Shown here piece after piece: positions 61,376 to 64,000 of a stretch of DNA of 64,000 nucleotides. The translations under genes were made by a program, and so were the position numbers. The stretch spans positions 896,001-960,000 of the forward strand of contig JAWLHJ010000001.1 in NCBI GenBank assembly GCA_041690395.1. The letters run 5' to 3'. The notes below the pieces were generated by a model, which saw only the letters and a list, made by a program, of their open reading frames with translations, was not told the origin of the DNA and searched no databases. Origin of the DNA: Longimicrobiales bacterium (GTDB lineage: Bacteria; Gemmatimonadota; Gemmatimonadetes; Longimicrobiales; Gaopeijiaceae). Each line of letters begins with the position of its first letter. Within the stretch, counting starts at the first letter, position 1.

Positions 61376-62397
61376 GGATGCTCGGCACGATGATCGCGTC
61401 TCAGGTGCCGGGGCTTCCACAGGAGCAGGACACACCGCAGCTCCCGGATACCCTTCCATCGTCGTTCGATCGCATCGGGGAGCAGGTCACCGCGACCGGT
61501 CGTCTGATCCTCGAAGGCGAGTGGGACCTGGTCTGGCGGCGCTCCCTCGAAGGGCTCACCAACCTGGCGATCGGGCTCCTGCCCAATGTCCTCTCCGCGC
61601 TGTTCGTGGGTGTGATCTTCTACGGACTGTATCGGCTCCTCATCAGCGTTTCGGGCAGCGTGCTGCATCGCAGCCATGCGGTGGACGAGGGACTCGAGAC
61701 CATCAGCATGCGGACGCTACGGGTCATGGGATGGAGCTTCATCCTGGTCCTCGTCCTGTCCCAGCTGGGTATCAACGTCGCCGCGCTCATTGCCGGTCTC
61801 GGCATCGCCGGCCTGGCCCTCGGCTTCGCCGCCAAGGACTCGCTGGAGAACTTCATCGCCGGCGTCACGATCCTGCTCGACCGGCCCTTCAGTGTCGGGG
61901 ACTGGGTCACGGTCGCGGAGCATTACGGGAAAGTGGAGCACATCACGCTGCGCTCGACGCGTATCCGCACGCCGAACAACCAGACCGTCGTCTTCCCCAG
62001 TGTCCAGATGGTCACCCAGGCGGTCGTGAACCACACTGCGGGGGCCCCGCTTCGCGTGGATGTCCCCTTCGGGATCGCCTACAAGGAGAGTGTGGATGAG
62101 GCCCGCGACGTCGTCATGGGCCTGGTCGACCGGGAGGACGAGCGGCTCGCGCCGGGAGCCGATCACAAGGTCGTGGTGACCGAGCTCGGGGATTCCAGCG
62201 TGAACATGCAGCTCCGGCTCTTTCTCCTGGATCCGGGCTACGCCGTGGCGGTTCGGTGCGACTACGTCGAGGCCATCTTCAAGGCGCTCAAGGAAGCCGG
62301 CATCGAGATCCCGTTCCCGCACCTCCAGCTCTTCATCGACGAGGCCAAGGCGCTGCGTGACACGCCGGTCCGTGTTCTCGGAGGAGACGGCGCCTGA
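61372..62397 (+). CDS. MscS family mechanosensitive channel
   Basis: GLGIAGLALGFAAKDSLENFIAG, DRPFSVGD, ITLRST, GIEIPFPH. Confidence 0.92.
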   Translation: MRMLGTMIASQVPGLPQEQDTPQLPDTLPSSFDRIGEQVTATGRLILEGEWDLVWRRSLEGLTNLAIGLLPNVLSALFVGVIFYGLYRLLISVSGSVLHRSHAVDEGLETISMRTLRVMGWSFILVLVLSQLGINVAALIAGLGIAGLALGFAAKDSLENFIAGVTILLDRPFSVGDWVTVAEHYGKVEHITLRSTRIRTPNNQTVVFPSVQMVTQAVVNHTAGAPLRVDVPFGIAYKESVDEARDVVMGLVDREDERLAPGADHKVVVTELGDSSVNMQLRLFLLDPGYAVAVRCDYVEAIFKALKEAGIEIPFPHLQLFIDEAKALRDTPVRVLGGDGA

Positions 62398-63464
62398 GCT
62401 CCACCGAGCCCTCCTCCACGCTGCCGGCCGGGCTCCGGGCTCGGCTCGGGGGATACTGGCGGCGCCACCGGACGCTCTTCTGGGCGCTCCACTCCGTCTG
62501 GGCGCTCGCGACGGGCGTGCTGGTCATCTGGCTCGCGCGCGAGCGATACGGCTTCGTTCCCTGGGTCGTCCTCTTCCTGGGGCTGACCTGGCTGTCGACG
62601 CTCTACTTCGGCAGGCGGACGTCGACCGCGCCGCGAGGTGGAAGCGGACCGGGGTCCGCCGCCGTGGTGCCGGGGGCTGCGGAGGAGGCCACGTCGTACG
62701 TGACGCGCACGATGTACCAGGAGACGCTGTTCTTCCTCCTGCCGTTCTACGCCTACTCGACGGTGCTCGGGGAGCCGAGCATCGCGTTTCTGGCCCTGCT
62801 CGGCGTGCTCGCGGTCCTTTCCTGCATCGATCTGTTGTTCGACCGGTGGCTGCGTTCGAGCCGGGTCGTGCGGCTCGTCTTCTTCGCCCTGGTGACCTTC
62901 GCGGCCGTCAACCTGCTCCTCCCCATTCTCCTTCCCGTGGATCCCACGCTGGGTGCGCGTGTCGCGGCCGGTGTGGCCGTCCTGGCCGCCTTACCGCTCG
63001 CGCTGCAGGGGGAGCGGCCCTCGCGAAAGGGAGGGGCGCTACTCGGCGGTGCGGCCGCCGTCTTCATCGGGGTCGCGCTCGCCCTCCCGCAGCTCGTGCC
63101 ACCGGTTCCGCTCCGACTCCAGAGCGCCACGTTCGGGCCGGGGATCGAGCGTGAGACGCTGGTGGTGTCTGATACGCTGCTGGGTGCCGCACCCGCAGGT
63201 GCGCTACCCGACGGGCTGTTCGTGCTCTTCGAGGTGTTCGCTCCGACCGTCGTCCCGACGGAGGTCAGGCTTCGCTGGGAGCGGGACGGCGTCGTGCTCA
63301 GGGAGGGACGCCAGATCGAGATCACCGCGCACGAGCTCGGCTTCAGGGTCTGGGATGCGTGGCGGCCTCGAGGGGACGCCATCGTGCCGGGTCGGTATCG
63401 CGTCGTGATGGAGACCCGGGCCCGTCGTGTTTTCGGCGCCGCCACGTTCCTCGTCGAGCCGTGA
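62394..63464 (+). CDS. Membrane protein with DUF2914-like C-terminal domain; probable CTG start
   Basis: QETLFFLLPFY, GFRVW, GRYRV; frame open from CTG 62394 preceded by GGAGGAG; first canonical start is GTG 62517. Confidence 0.7.
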   Translation: MSSTEPSSTLPAGLRARLGGYWRRHRTLFWALHSVWALATGVLVIWLARERYGFVPWVVLFLGLTWLSTLYFGRRTSTAPRGGSGPGSAAVVPGAAEEATSYVTRTMYQETLFFLLPFYAYSTVLGEPSIAFLALLGVLAVLSCIDLLFDRWLRSSRVVRLVFFALVTFAAVNLLLPILLPVDPTLGARVAAGVAVLAALPLALQGERPSRKGGALLGGAAAVFIGVALALPQLVPPVPLRLQSATFGPGIERETLVVSDTLLGAAPAGALPDGLFVLFEVFAPTVVPTEVRLRWERDGVVLREGRQIEITAHELGFRVWDAWRPRGDAIVPGRYRVVMETRARRVFGAATFLVEP

Positions 63465-63476
63465 CGACTCCGCTCG

Positions 63477-64000
63477 TCAGCTACGGTAGTTCGCGTTGAT
63501 GTCGACGTAATCGGCGGTCAGGTCACACGTCCACACGTCCGCCGCCGCCCGGCCGCGCGCGAGGTATAGCGTGATGAAGACCTCGTCGCTCGATACGAGG
63601 TGCTCGTGCGCCGCCGCCTCGTTGGCGACCAGGGGTCGACCGTCGGCGTAGACGTCCACGTCACCGATGGCGAGACGCATTTGCTCGGGTTCGACGGGCA
63701 CGCCGCACGAGCTCGCGGCCGAGACGATCCGGCCCCAGTTGGGGTCCCGCCCCGCGATGGCGGTCTTCACGAGCGGGCTGATCGCCACGGCGCGTCCGAC
63801 GAGCGTGGCCTCTCGTTCGTTGGCGGCGTCGCGCACCCGGATGGTGATGAGCCGCGTGGCGCCCTCGCCGTCCCGGGCGATGTCCCGCGCGAGCGTCTGG
63901 GCGACCTCGGTGTAGCCGCGCTCGACGTCGTCGCCCTCCGAGTCGGCATGCTTCCGGCCCCACAGCAGGAGCGTGTCGTTCGGCGACGTGTCCCCGTCGA
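63477..64000 (-). CDS. argJ: Ornithine acetyltransferase ArgJ, C-terminal part (runs off the window)
   Basis: DGDTSPNDT, IARDGEGAT, SPLVKTA, DPNWGRI, WTCDLTADYVDINANYRS. Confidence 0.93.
   Translation of the reverse strand, partial: DGDTSPNDTLLLWGRKHADSEGDDVERGYTEVAQTLARDIARDGEGATRLITIRVRDAANEREATLVGRAVAISPLVKTAIAGRDPNWGRIVSAASSCGVPVEPEQMRLAIGDVDVYADGRPLVANEAAAHEHLVSSDEVFITLYLARGRAAADVWTCDLTADYVDINANYRS

Noticed and set aside
63970..63998. ArgJ DTSPND instead of DTSTND
   Set aside because: The catalytic Thr after Asp is intact; a single substitution in a gene truncated by the window edge is not enough to claim altered function.

Overview
High-GC bacterial chromosome segment. The gene families (PadR plus duplicated orphan ABC permeases, beta-propeller lipoprotein, CxxC hypothetical) suggest Gemmatimonadota or an Acidobacteriota-like lineage; this is inference. 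Most of it is core or housekeeping content: dcp, uup, ppc, thrC/thrB, tkt, leuS, waaA, partial argJ and transporters. It also holds a 17-gene tRNA cluster (23396-26679) and a separate tRNA-Pro(GGG). Three things stand out. (1) A family of ~80-nt structured elements occurs in nine copies attached to four tRNA genes. Each copy sits immediately before an AT-starting duplicated piece of the host tRNA (splitting a GA^AT site of the T-loop or anticodon arm), and the copies form 163-188-bp tandem units. (2) One copy caps a 4.5-kb integrase-less island at the tRNA-Pro(GGG) 3' end, bounded by a 16-bp direct repeat and carrying a PHP plus ABC-ATPase (Ppl-like) candidate defence gene. (3) An ArsM-like methyltransferase has an in-frame UGA at a conserved Cys position followed by a SECIS-like hairpin, so it is a probable selenoprotein that the ORF track truncates. 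Also visible: twin PadR operator palindromes, a TipA-type MerR promoter, a probable CTG start codon and a truncated GNAT remnant. All calls come from reading motifs by eye; no database search was run.
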